A stretch of DNA of 64,000 nt from the NCBI RefSeq assembly GCF_001949145.1, contig NW_019091361.1:1776866-1840865 (forward strand), written 5' to 3'. This document shows positions 27,869-39,800 of the stretch, piece by piece. A program made the translations under genes and the position numbers. Under the pieces are notes generated by a model. That model was not told the DNA's origin. It did no database searches and saw only the letters and a list, made by a program, of their open reading frames with translations. Origin of the DNA: Acanthaster planci. Lineage: Eukaryota. Positions within the stretch are counted from its first letter, which is position 1. The number at the start of each line of letters is the position of its first letter.

Positions 27869-30184
27869 TGTCGAGCTTCCAATTCATCAACCTAGAGTGA
27901 GAGTTAACAGAGATAAGCCTGTTTAGAGTCTAGTATCATTCTATATGGGCAGATACATCATATTCTTGTAGGCCTACTGTATTGACCTATTTTTTACTTA
28001 AGGAAAGAGGTTATGTACAATGCACATTGTATTTGTAGGTACTGAACCATCCTAATGATTGATATAAACGAGTGCTTCAAGTAAAAAACATACAGGCCCC
28101 AAATCCAATATTCAATCCACGTTCAGAGTTTTTCATCTATGAAAATAACAGCATGACTTCACATTGTCTAAATACTAAACTTTTTAACCAGACCAGAAAA
28201 ATGCATGTAGTGCAGTTGCTGTGATGCAAAAAAATCAATAGTGCGCATTTTGCTGACCCAGCATTCCCAAACTTTCACCAGGAGAGCGAACCGAAGCTGC
28301 TCATGAATGTTCCCTGGGAGGAAGCTGTAGGCTGGATCCACTTAACGGCCTTCTCCATCTCAGAGGCCTGAGCACAACACAGTTTTATTTCTTTACACTG
28401 GGCATAAAATACACTTGACAGTCCCCGAGCGGTTATTGATCGGTCAGCCGCTAATATGAGCGAAACTTAAGAGAAAATGAGGCAGAGGCGAGTAGAACGA
28501 GAGACAAGAAACTGTATAGAGAGAAGCACGAGGGCTCGGGATTGTCTTGCAGTGACTGACCGATGAGTATCTGAGTCATCATAGCCCATTGTGTTGCATT
28601 GTTAATGAGGTCAGATGCAATGTATATAACAACTTGAAAATAGCCTCTGACATGAATGTGAAGGAATAGGGATGATGTATGTTTGAAGGCTTGACATTTT
28701 CTGTAACTTACATGTAGTATACAGTGCAAAGTGCATAACACAATCCTGACTCTTTATTGAATGTTATTGTGTGCATGTTTCTATACGAACAAAACAGGTT
28801 TCTTTATATTGGAGAAGAATATTTAAAAACAGTGAGGCTTGCATAAGGCTTGGTCCATATGCAATCAACATTATGATGTGTGCCATCAGCAGTGCAAGAT
28901 ACACTACTGTCATCAGATAGGAAGAGCACTATTGTAGAGCAAACTCTGAAGTCCAAACTTTCTTGAATTCATTTATTTTTCTTTGCTTCTCCGACAACAC
29001 GGTTCTGCTTTTATAACAAGGTAATTGTTAACCTTGTTATATGTTCAAATGATGGTTGAGGTCAATATGTTGAATTTGCATCCCTTGATATTCTGAAGTC
29101 CCTGCAGGGACTGGACAGTAATGGTTTTAGGAGTCCTGGATATTTTGTGGCAGAAGGGGTGGGAAAGTCTAGTGATCAGTATTTTAAAACCATATACAGG
29201 CTGAACCAGTAGCCTCTTTGTTCACCAGCCTTTTACCTTCACGATGTAGGAATCAGTTAAAGATTTCTTGCTGTCCTTCTCGAACCTTGTTTATTATACC
29301 TACATGTAGCTCTATTCACTGTTGGGTATGGTCGCCATGGCTGTTGTGTGTGTGGGCGTGCTAAGTTGTTGGAAAACCTGTTGCACAGAACAACAGGTAC
29401 TGCAAAGATCTGGCAGGTTGACCTAAATAACCCAGACAAAATTTTTAGCAAGGGGGTTGCAGGGTTCACTGAAACTAGTCTTCACCTTTCAGCACAAGAT
29501 TAGCGCCTCAGAGCATCTGAAACAAATGAGGAAATGGGAGCTGGATGAGGAGCCTTCACTGATGACAAGGGCAGAGTGACTCATGGGAGGGCCAGTGGGG
29601 CCTGTGCGTGCTCTGGCTGGGATTTGGCCTGTCCTACATTTCCCTATGGCATTACGGGAGCGTTCTTTGATTAAAAATGCTTACAGTGCAAGTTAACTCA
29701 TCTTGGCAAATACCAATTTCCTTTTTGTTTTTAGGTATAAGTCTATTATGGTGAAGTCAAAGCAGTCTCTCCTCGGCATTGAGCATATTCTGTGCTTCAG
29801 TTTTCAAGAGTTTCTTGTCAGTATTAAATTTGAAGGGTTGAAGTGGTTTTTTTGTTAGAAGTTGTTAACATGTTCAGTAAGAGTGGAAATGATTTCAAGG
29901 TCCCACTGGTTTTGGGCCACTCACTGCCATGTCCAAGCTTAAGCATTTCAACCAACAAGCTGCCGATAGACTGACAAATTGACCGATAAATTGCGTGTGA
30001 TCTGTGCATGCCAGTCCTTAGCAACCATTCTCCTGTCATTACTGTGCTGCTCTATTGCAGTTTGCCATGCTTTCCTGAATCAGTACTCTGGTGTGACAAA
30101 CTCAAATAAGAGAGGAGTGAACAACATTTCCGCACTGAGGGGTAGATCCGCACTTTTCCCCTTTTGGAGTTTTAGATTAAACTG

Positions 30185-30870
30185 TATAGGGTGTCTTTAT
30201 AAAGAAAAGGAAACCAAGATTAATTAATCTGTTTCTTAAATATGACTGATCATTTTAGTTAATGGTAAGCATGATCTGTTTCAATATGATGCCCTCTTTC
30301 GTATAAGACCAAGAAATCTAAATTTCTGTCTTATGACTGAGCACATAGTAGTTTAATGGACCATGTCAGAAATGGTTTGCACCAGATACATGACAACTTT
30401 GTACAGCGTGAAGTGTTATGAACACTACCCAAATCATTAATTCAAAGAAAACCTAAGATAGGGGTTTATTCTTGCCACAACCTGAGCCCCATGTCCTTCA
30501 ACATACCCCCCTTTCTTTCAACGCAAGTGTCAGCCCTTGTTCTTATCTCTTTTAAATGGGTATCATGCATTATGATTTTGGAGATTCAGACAAACATTAC
30601 GCAATTCCTGCAAAACAGCCATCTCTGGACAGTACGAATTCAACACCCAAACAAAAAATTTTGGTTAATGGTAACCACCTTTACATCATGATATCCTCTC
30701 TTGTATGACACCAAGAAATCTGAATTTCTGAAACAGCTGAAATTTAGATTTCTTGGTGTCATACAAAAGAGGCCATCATAATTAAATGGTGGTTACCATT
30801 AACCAAAATAATTTGTCACATTCAACAAACAAGCAAATTTATCTCGGTTTCCTTTTTTATGGCACATTCA
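30185..30870. mobile_element. Tc1/mariner-like MITE with degenerate TIRs of about 130 bp
   Basis: TA+TAGGGTGTC..AAAAGGAAACCAAGAT..ACCAAGAAATCTAAATTTC (30185-30326) is the diverged inverse of 30739-30866. Confidence 0.7.
30658..30809. repeat. Near-perfect hairpin of about 150 bp inside the MITE
   Basis: Perfect 22-bp outer stem ATTTTGGTTAATGGTAACCACC, a 28-bp inner stem with 1 mismatch (30701-30728 vs 30739-30766), and a 10-nt loop. Confidence 0.92.
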
Positions 30871-33800
30871 CTCCTTTTGTCTTCCTACACTAGATGAATT
30901 TATTGTCCATAGAACTTGCCTGAGCTTCAACTCTTTCTGTCCATTTACGTTTATGTCAAGTTTGATCTGGATTGGTTCTTTGCAGTTGGCAACTCTGTGT
31001 GTTTAATTCAGCTGAATTGTTTTGGACATATGTACTGTTTCCTTTTGGGCTCATTTTTCAGTATTTGATTGATTGTTACATCTAGAATGAGACTTTCGGT
31101 CAACCCTGATGACAGTTGCATCCGTTAAAAAAGAAATGTAGGCAATATATTGGATTTCTGAAAGGCTGCTGCTTGAAAGTAAAATGCAGTCAGTAAATTA
31201 ATGTTCTAGAACCAGTGAAATTTTCTCATCTGTTAAATCTCTTGAACAGTCCCAATTAAATTAAACATCCGTTGATAGTTACAAAGTAGTATACATCTAC
31301 CTCCGGTATTCTTGTTTGGATGTTCAATATTTCATTTATTTTCTGGTAGTGTGGAGCTACGTAAATGTGTCAGAGAACATCAGACAATCACATGCTTACT
31401 GTATTAAACTTTACTTGGAATTTTCCCATTCTTGATTATCTAAAAGCCTTTTTAGCCATTTTGACTATCAAGGCTAGTTCCCAACTCCGACCCTACTTCT
31501 TTCCATCAGTCCCCGGAAGAGAAACATTGTCTCCTTATATCTCTTCTGACAGGTGAATGCTCACTGCACAGAATCTTCAGCTGTCTCCTTCAGCACTTTG
31601 CTTCAAAGACAATGAAATTAACCAAAGAGGGAGGACCGGGCCTATCACCCAGTAGCAATCATTTACTCTTCAACCCTCACTCACTTGTTGAAAACAACCG
31701 CTTTCCTCTCTCAGTGGACATTACCAATGCAATCAGGTCTTGATCGAGGGTCCTGGATTCTATTAGCTCACCAGTGCATGTCGTCACACTATTGGTTATT
31801 CCGCAGGAACTGGAACAGAAGATTCTGTCCGGGCGAGGCCGGCATACATTGAATTACAAGTGAAATTGAGCGATGTTGTTCAAAAGCCGTACCACCGGCT
31901 CCAACGACACTTCAGGTTAGGCAGAAAATGAAATTTGGGATCAGTTATGGCTCTCCAGTGGTGCACAGATGTATTCGGGATGTTATTTGTACCCGTTAAA
32001 AAACAACTTACCTTGTTCCCAGAACGGATGTGTCCCATGGATATTTATATGACCTGCTTTTCTTTTTCCTGCTTTTGGCAAGACAGATACTATGCCATGG
32101 AATTGTCAGAGAAGTGGGCCAAGGGATCTGAGTGTGAAACAAGCACTCAGGCATGCATTACTTCCAACCAATAAGCACAAGGCTGTCTCCAATCTGATCA
32201 TTCAAGTACTGTACATGTACATAGTAGTATGCCAAGTTAGTGTGGTTTGTCAAGGCAGGAGAGTGTACACATACCCTGTTACATCCGAAACTTCTAAAAA
32301 CTGTTCTGGTGATTACAATAATAATAATTCATGTACAAAGCTAAATTGAAAATCGATCTCACATTTCTATTTTCTTAATGATATTCCAACTCTTTGTGTT
32401 CAACCTTAATATCTTCTTTCTCATCTGTAGTGTTCAAGTAACCCTTCCACAACTTGCCAGAACATGGTTCAGCTCACTGTAGCAGTGAATCTATGTAAGG
32501 TGTGAAGTACCTAAGTTTATGCCCACATAACTCATGCATGTTGGGATATATTCCCAAGGTATAAATCCTCCAGCCACCTCACAAATTATTTTATGGCTCC
32601 CTGGGGTACAATCACTCTCAATCGATTTAACATTCTGCATGAAGATGTTTGAAAGGTTCCAGTAGCCTGGCTCTTCTCTCAAACCATGCCAGAACATCAG
32701 AAGCGCTAAGGGTTACTCCCTTCACTTCTTTTATCTTCATCTTCTCCAACACAGGTTTTCTGGAAATAACCTAGACAGCCCAAATGTGCTGAGCACAAAT
32801 CAAACCAAATTTTCCCAGGACTTGTAAATCATTCTTCATATTTCAGTCTCCAGGACTGGAATGTGCCTTTGGACAATGAGGTCTTTGAAAAGAAACAATA
32901 CTATATTGATAGACATTCACATTGGTGTAGCCTACAGTGCTAAACTGAATTAGCTACCCAAAAATTGTTTTAGTTATTTTGAACATTATTTACATGTACT
33001 AGTAGTCATAAATATATCAGGTACTGCTTGTAGGACTGTTCTGTACTGAATTGCCTGTTACATACTTAAGAAGTAAGGTCATAAAATACATCTTGAAACT
33101 TGTTTTCACGGTTTTGTGCTTTTTACGTTTTTATCACTCATAATTGTAACTGATATCTCCTTTTCAGCAGAACAGGTTGTAACTCTTCGTTAATGTCCTA
33201 AAAGCTTGTTTTTGTTTTTTTTCCTATTGAAGCATGTTTCAGCCCACTTGGCTGTCAGGACTGATAACATTTCATCATGGTTCCTACTCCAGGGTAAAGC
33301 ACATAGGGAGATGAGTAGATACAACTGCGGGGACATGCTAGTCCCTCTGATCCATTAACCCACTTTTCTACTAGTCTTGAACTTTTTTTTCTTTTACTTT
33401 GTTTCACTTAGTGTGACCCCCTTGTTTATGCAGTGCCCGTTTCCAAGGATTTGTCAGGTGCAAGTTTATAGCTGCATATTACAGCAGGTTCAAGCAAGAA
33501 CCATGTTAAATAAGTGGTTGAGCTGTAACGTAATAATGTGCATCTCAGGCTGCTGCCAAAAGCTTTAGGAATGAACTAGTAAATTGATCAAATGTTCATT
33601 TCCAAAAAAAAATTCATTGCAGTGCATTGCAATATGCCAGGGATGCAGCCAACCTACATTGGCAGCTTCTAAGTCAGTGGTTATCAATTAACCTTCTTGT
33701 ATCTGACTGGGGTTCATCAAAGGTCTGTGGTCAAACTTTGATTACCCTCAAGAGCTGATCATGAATGTGTGATCCATGGTTTGAGTGAGTTTGACAATTT

Positions 33801-36800
33801 CATCAATTTAATGTGTTCTGTATTTGCTCAGGGTTTCATACATGTACTCTCATTAAAAAACACCACACAAAGTTCTTAAGCCAAAACTTTACAGTTCTTT
33901 TTGTATAAAACAGTTCTTCCACTCTTTGTGTGACTCAGAACTTAACTTCATTTGAAATGCTAACAAACAAGAATGTGCCATCCCAGATGGTGATGGGACA
34001 CTTTATTTTGGGGGGGAGTACAACCGAGACGAGTGAAAATCAACTAAGGGCATGCAGAAAGCTCACATATTTTAAGATTAGGGTAAATACATGTATGTTC
34101 CAAATTTCATCCTTGCTTGATAAATATTCATCTGGGAGGTAATGTAACTCACTAATTTGATCTTACTTTGTCAGTGATTTTCCCCAACATCTATGCTGAC
34201 TATTTACACTCACATCAGCTCACTTCTGCCAAAAGCTTGATCAGATTTAAGCAACAAGTTATTTAGAATGTCACAGCGTGCAGAGTCAACATGAAGTTAA
34301 TGATTCTTAACTTTAATATCAGTATCAGTAAGTTATTAGTTCACAAGTCACTGCTATATGATGGGTTAAGAGTCAGTGTAGCAGTTTAGCAGGCAATATT
34401 TGCTGTAAGTAGCACAAATTCACACTTGTTTTCACAAATACTTCCGTTATCAGTATCGAAATCAAATTAACATTTACTTAGAGGTGTGAAAGACTACCAC
34501 TTTGGTTTTGTCCTTGTGTTTGAATTGTGTATTCCAAAATATTCCCCAAAGGCAGACTTTGTACTTTATTGTAGAGGAACAGTGTTGTTTGGCTTATTTA
34601 CTGTTTGGCTCAGTAGGAGCAGTGTAAAAAGGGTCCAGAGACATTTTTGAGTGAAAGAGGCAACAAAGTGTGCAGAGTCATTGTCTTCTCAAACTTTTTA
34701 TCTTTCAATTTTCTTTGACAGTATAGGCCCAACTCTGTAAGAATACGTATCACAAAATTTTTTAACAATATATCTTTTCAAATTTGCCGTCAAGCCTTAG
34801 TTTGTGTTTGTTGCATCTGTTTCATGTTACATTTAATTGACCATTGGAGGAAAGTTGGTATTTACCATTTTTTTATTAAGAAAGAAATTTGAAATCTGAA
34901 ATGGACTCTATTTCCCCATGTAATGTATACATGATACTTACCAAGTGGACTGTATTTTCGGTGTAATTTGATATGAAGACCACTTTGTTTAATGGTACAT
35001 GGTACCACTGAATATTTCATTTTCTACAGGGAGCTGCAGTTGAGGATATATCAGTTACAGGCTTTGCCCTCTGTAACCTTGTACTGTATTAAAACCTTCA
35101 CTGAGTGCCTCTGAAATACTTGTGTGGAAAGAAAAACAGAGACTTCCTGAGCAGGATTCAGGCCCAGTACCCCATGTCCGGCAATAATCTTGTCCAAGGT
35201 AGTATTTGCCGGTGGGTATCTTCTGAGGTTTGATCAGACTACCAACATATTGGCCCATGTAGACCCACAACAGAGCCTAATTAGTAATAATTCAGAGTTC
35301 TCAATAAAACTTTGACATGGCTCATATGCACATTTTGGGTCTAACCAGTTCAAGACAGTTCAAGGGTTACTTCAATTGTTGCAAATGTGAACAGAACAAA
35401 GCTGCCAGATAAGATATTGATTTTACTTGAAAATGAAAGATACAGTGAATAAAAGTGCTTTTTTCACTCATCGCAGGCAATTTTCCCAGATTTGGCTTGT
35501 CGTGTTAACTTGAATTAGTACTACTCGCAAATCATTTTATGGGATGCCATGAGGGTGTGAAACAAGAGAAACAGGTTAAATTGTGGTATGAATTTATCTC
35601 TTTCTCTGCAGTGTAATATTAATTTAGTGCAAGGGCTGTGACAGAAAGTAGCACTGAAATTCATGAGAAAGGGTTTTTAAGTGTTGTTAAAGCCAACTTG
35701 AGAGTAACGCATGATTTTATTAAGCTAGCACGTTAAAAATGTTCCTGCGTTCTAGTTTGCGTCATATGATAATGGAGCACTTTTAAAAATGGACATCTCC
35801 TTTAATGTTACCGTATAGGATTTGGAGATTTATCACAATTCATTTTCTGTTTCCTCCTTGTTTGTCACCAGAGGATCTCACCTGGCAAAACACTGGGGTG
35901 TTAGAATAAATCAGCTAATAATGTTGTAGGTGGTGATAAGGCAACAAAAAAAAAGCCCTCCCTTATCTGGCTGTGACAACAAGACTGAGTGTTATAGGAA
36001 CACCTGGCTTTCAGGTTTAAAGGTCTGGTACCTGGCTGTGGAGGTGTGTTCCACAAAACTGTGTTGAAGGTTATCATTTATGTTTTGTCTGGATTTGAAG
36101 CAGTAAACCTAAAATCATCAATCTCATTTCCTGCTTATTTCATGAATATCCGTAATGTTCTACTGCCCCCATGAGTTTTCTTTCTAAAGCTTGTCATATT
36201 TGAAAAAAATGTGAGCGTGCATGGGCTGTAAGACAAAAAGCAATAAATCTTTTTTAATCTGTAGGCTTAAAAAAATTAGAGGGCATATCTCTGATATGTA
36301 AATCGCAGAATAATAACACCTGTGTGTTGATTCAGATGATTAACATTACAGCCTTTATTTACACAGTGTATCCTTGTTATATTTTTCGTATCTTTTCCAT
36401 GATTTCAGTAATTCAGATAAATGTACCACGGATGACCAAATAACATTGTTTAAAAATAATACTGCTGTCGTGAATGGTCCCCTTTTTGTTTTTCAGTTTA
36501 CTTAATACTGATGCTTGACATTGCTGCAATATAGTTGCATAAAAATCGAACAAACATCTATGTATTCCTGTGGTATGTAGAAGGTACCTGATGTAATAGT
36601 GCTTTTGTTCAAATTGACTGAATGACAGATGTAGATCACACTTATCTTTTTAACAGCTATTATTTTACATGAAATCTGATTATGGTACTGAGATGGGATT
36701 TAGATCAAAATTATCTTCATAATCCTATCAGGTGTCTTCATCTCATGACCCCTGCTCATTTGACCCATGTGAAAATTTCTTGCATCTTGTACCCTGAGGG

Positions 36801-39800
36801 ATTGTGCAGCCATTAATGCTAATTTATGCTCATCAGTCACCCCCTATCTGCCCACACAGCACAGCTTCTCATTTGGTGCAGTGCAGAAAACAATTTATGA
36901 TTGCAAATAATCCTGCTTATGGATACACACACACCCAACAATCCAGTTAGCCTAACTCAAAACCTTCTGTCTGTAATTATCCTCAAAATGTTGACTGTTG
37001 TATGTACACCAGACATCTGTATGGGCCTATAGCATTTGGCCATACGGAGTGGAAGTGGAGGTCACAGAGTGTTGGGACCAGTGTCAACCTAATTTGTCAC
37101 AATGGTTACTTTCTGACAGCCATGCATGCTGGCAGAAAATTAATTCTTTTTTCATGATTCATTGTGCAACAGGATCTGACCATCATTCTCGTCACGTCTG
37201 GTCAAAAATTAACACATTTTCATTCCACTGCAAACATGATTGCGGATTGTGTTTGCACAATGTTGATACATTCCAGACACCTAGACATTATGTTTGTGCT
37301 CCTCAGTTCCAAAGGTTTTCATCTACATGTACATGTACTTTCCGACTCACAAGCCCTCCATTCCTCAAGGAGTGTCTGAATATGTTGCTAAAAGAAGAGT
37401 AGAAATGTAGACATTTCAAGTAACATATCCCATCAAATATAACAACATGTATCAAATGTTTACAAGACTTGTCAGTTGAGTCACATTTTTGTCGATTAGA
37501 ACTGAACATCTGCCTGAATGGACAATGGTTTGTAATTCTGGAGATCAATCTTTTTATGTGTGTGCGTGTGGTCTGTACGACTGAGAGTTAAGCATCCTTT
37601 CAGCACCTCTGTACTCCCCCCTTCCGCAGACATTTCCTTCTGACCCAGATTGCTGTCTGAGGTTCGTAGCACTTTCATTGTCCCATCTTCTTTCTCCCCT
37701 GCAGTCTTACATTTCAACTTCCTGGGCAATAATCATCTTTTCGCCCTGTTGGTTCCCACTCAATTTTACGCTTGAAAACAAATCTGTCCGTATCTGTGAT
37801 GAATTGATGCGGTTGCCATTGACGACCGGCCCAGGCTGAACAAAAAAAATTGAGCCGGTAAAGCCTGATTTTCTTAAGGTCAGCAGATAGCGGGATCAAT
37901 AAAAGGAGTCCTTATTTATTTCTTGGGGTCCAAGGGGGGATTTGCCAACAGCTAGGAGTGCTCGGAAATTTCTGTCACAAGCAAAAAAACAGGAACCCGG
38001 GGTTTTCTAGTGACTGCTTATGATGTGTGCATGTTGCTTGTAGGGTTGTTTTGATGCTTTGAATATCACGGCCTAACATTAAGTTTTACAAAATTCCTTA
38101 ACTTGGAGAAAGATTTACCAATTCCGAGAGAACTAGCTAAGACCCAATGAAGTGGTTTGCTTACAGTGATAGAGACAGAATATGCATTCAAAGTGGCTGT
38201 GTTATCTGTCCTCTGTTGAAGCATGTTCTATGGCTCTATCCCTTGCATGCACATCTGTTTATCCACTACAAAGATACCTTGAGATCAAAACATATAAAGT
38301 CCGTTAATTAATGATGATTCATGTTAATTGAAGATAGTTGTGGAGGTTTGAAAAAATAAATTTGAACTCACACCAAATCAAAAGAGAGCAAAAAGACAGA
38401 AAAGTGGTGGAGTGCATAGTGATGACACCTGACATTACGGTTAACAGACATGCATTTTAGGGTGGGGTTTTGGGGAGGGGTTGGTAACTGTTATAATTAT
38501 ATCTAGATTTATTAGTTGGGGAGTTTATTTTATCAGTGGAAGATGGATGATGGTAAATCCTTTCCCTAATGGGTCGTATACCTTTTTAATTAGAACAGCT
38601 TTGAAAGTAGAACCTCTGCAGGTGGAAACGGCCCTTTACCAGTTACAACTTTTAATAGTAGGTGCAAAGTAAGCAAGCACGTGTTTGTTTCATGTGGATA
38701 CATGTACATCTGACTTTGCCATTGCAAGTCCCTCCATTTTCGCAGAGTCAGCCAAGTAGCCTGCTCCAATCAGCCTGCACAAACATCCAATTTGCAAGGA
38801 GCAACTGCAGGCTCCCATCCTGTTACCATGGCTACTGACCCTTGGCAGGTGGTCTCATTGCCATGTCCAGTAGGTGAGCTTTGGTTGTGTGGGCTATGCA
38901 ATGCACACAGGTGCATTAACATATGAACTGTAAAAGGGTCAAGACTTTTTTGAAGAACCCCATTCTTGCATTGTGATTTTAAACTTCTGATTGTATTTAG
39001 TGTGGGAACAATTTAATTTGAGACATTCCTTTCCTTTAAAAGAGGAATGAAACCAAACATTTCTTCTAGATAAATCCAGATGAGTTTTTTCCTCTCAGTT
39101 TTATGTTTGCCTAAAGCACTGTGGCTTTTGTCATGTAACAGTTATTCAGTGTCTCAGTGTTAAACAGCCCCGTCACCCCCCGTGGGGGCCATTGGATTTT
39201 ATTGCCTACAACATCGTAGTATTGATGCCTGCCATCACCTTCATCAAAAGGTGTTACCGGAATCTGACAAATTACAAAACTGTCTGTGTCTCATGACCTC
39301 ATCGGTGGTCATGTGACAAGGAAAATAAACCACCCTCACAGGTGTTTGGGTGCACACATCAACTACGCTTGCACAACAAACACAGTGGTGTATTTTATGG
39401 GTTGAATTTGACGACATGCTTTGACCAACGAGGCATCAGGTATTCTGGAGGTGTGATTAAAGGTTAGACATCAGTTTCAGACAAACATTATGTCATTCTT
39501 TGAGGTGCGCTCATAAATTTCCCCTCTCCTGGGCACGAAATTAAATTATTTCACGTGGCAAGTGATGGATTTATTGTGCTGACTTTTATCATGCACTTTT
39601 ACGTGATGTTTAGACTAAAGCGCATGCATGGTATTGAAGCCAAGCAGAATCGGTAAATCTCCTTAATCTGCCTTTGAGCTGGCTTAAACTGCTGTTTTCA
39701 TGTCAACTCTTATTTTCTTCTCTGAGTTGCACCTGCACGTTGCTACTTATGTGCTGTGGAAAGTGCTTGCATTAGACGTGTCATGTGTACTTTTTCGCAG

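Noticed and set aside
2772..36843. 16-bp exact repeat ATGCTCATCAGTCACC near 2772 and 36826
   Set aside because: A single 16-mer match is within chance expectation for 64 kb.
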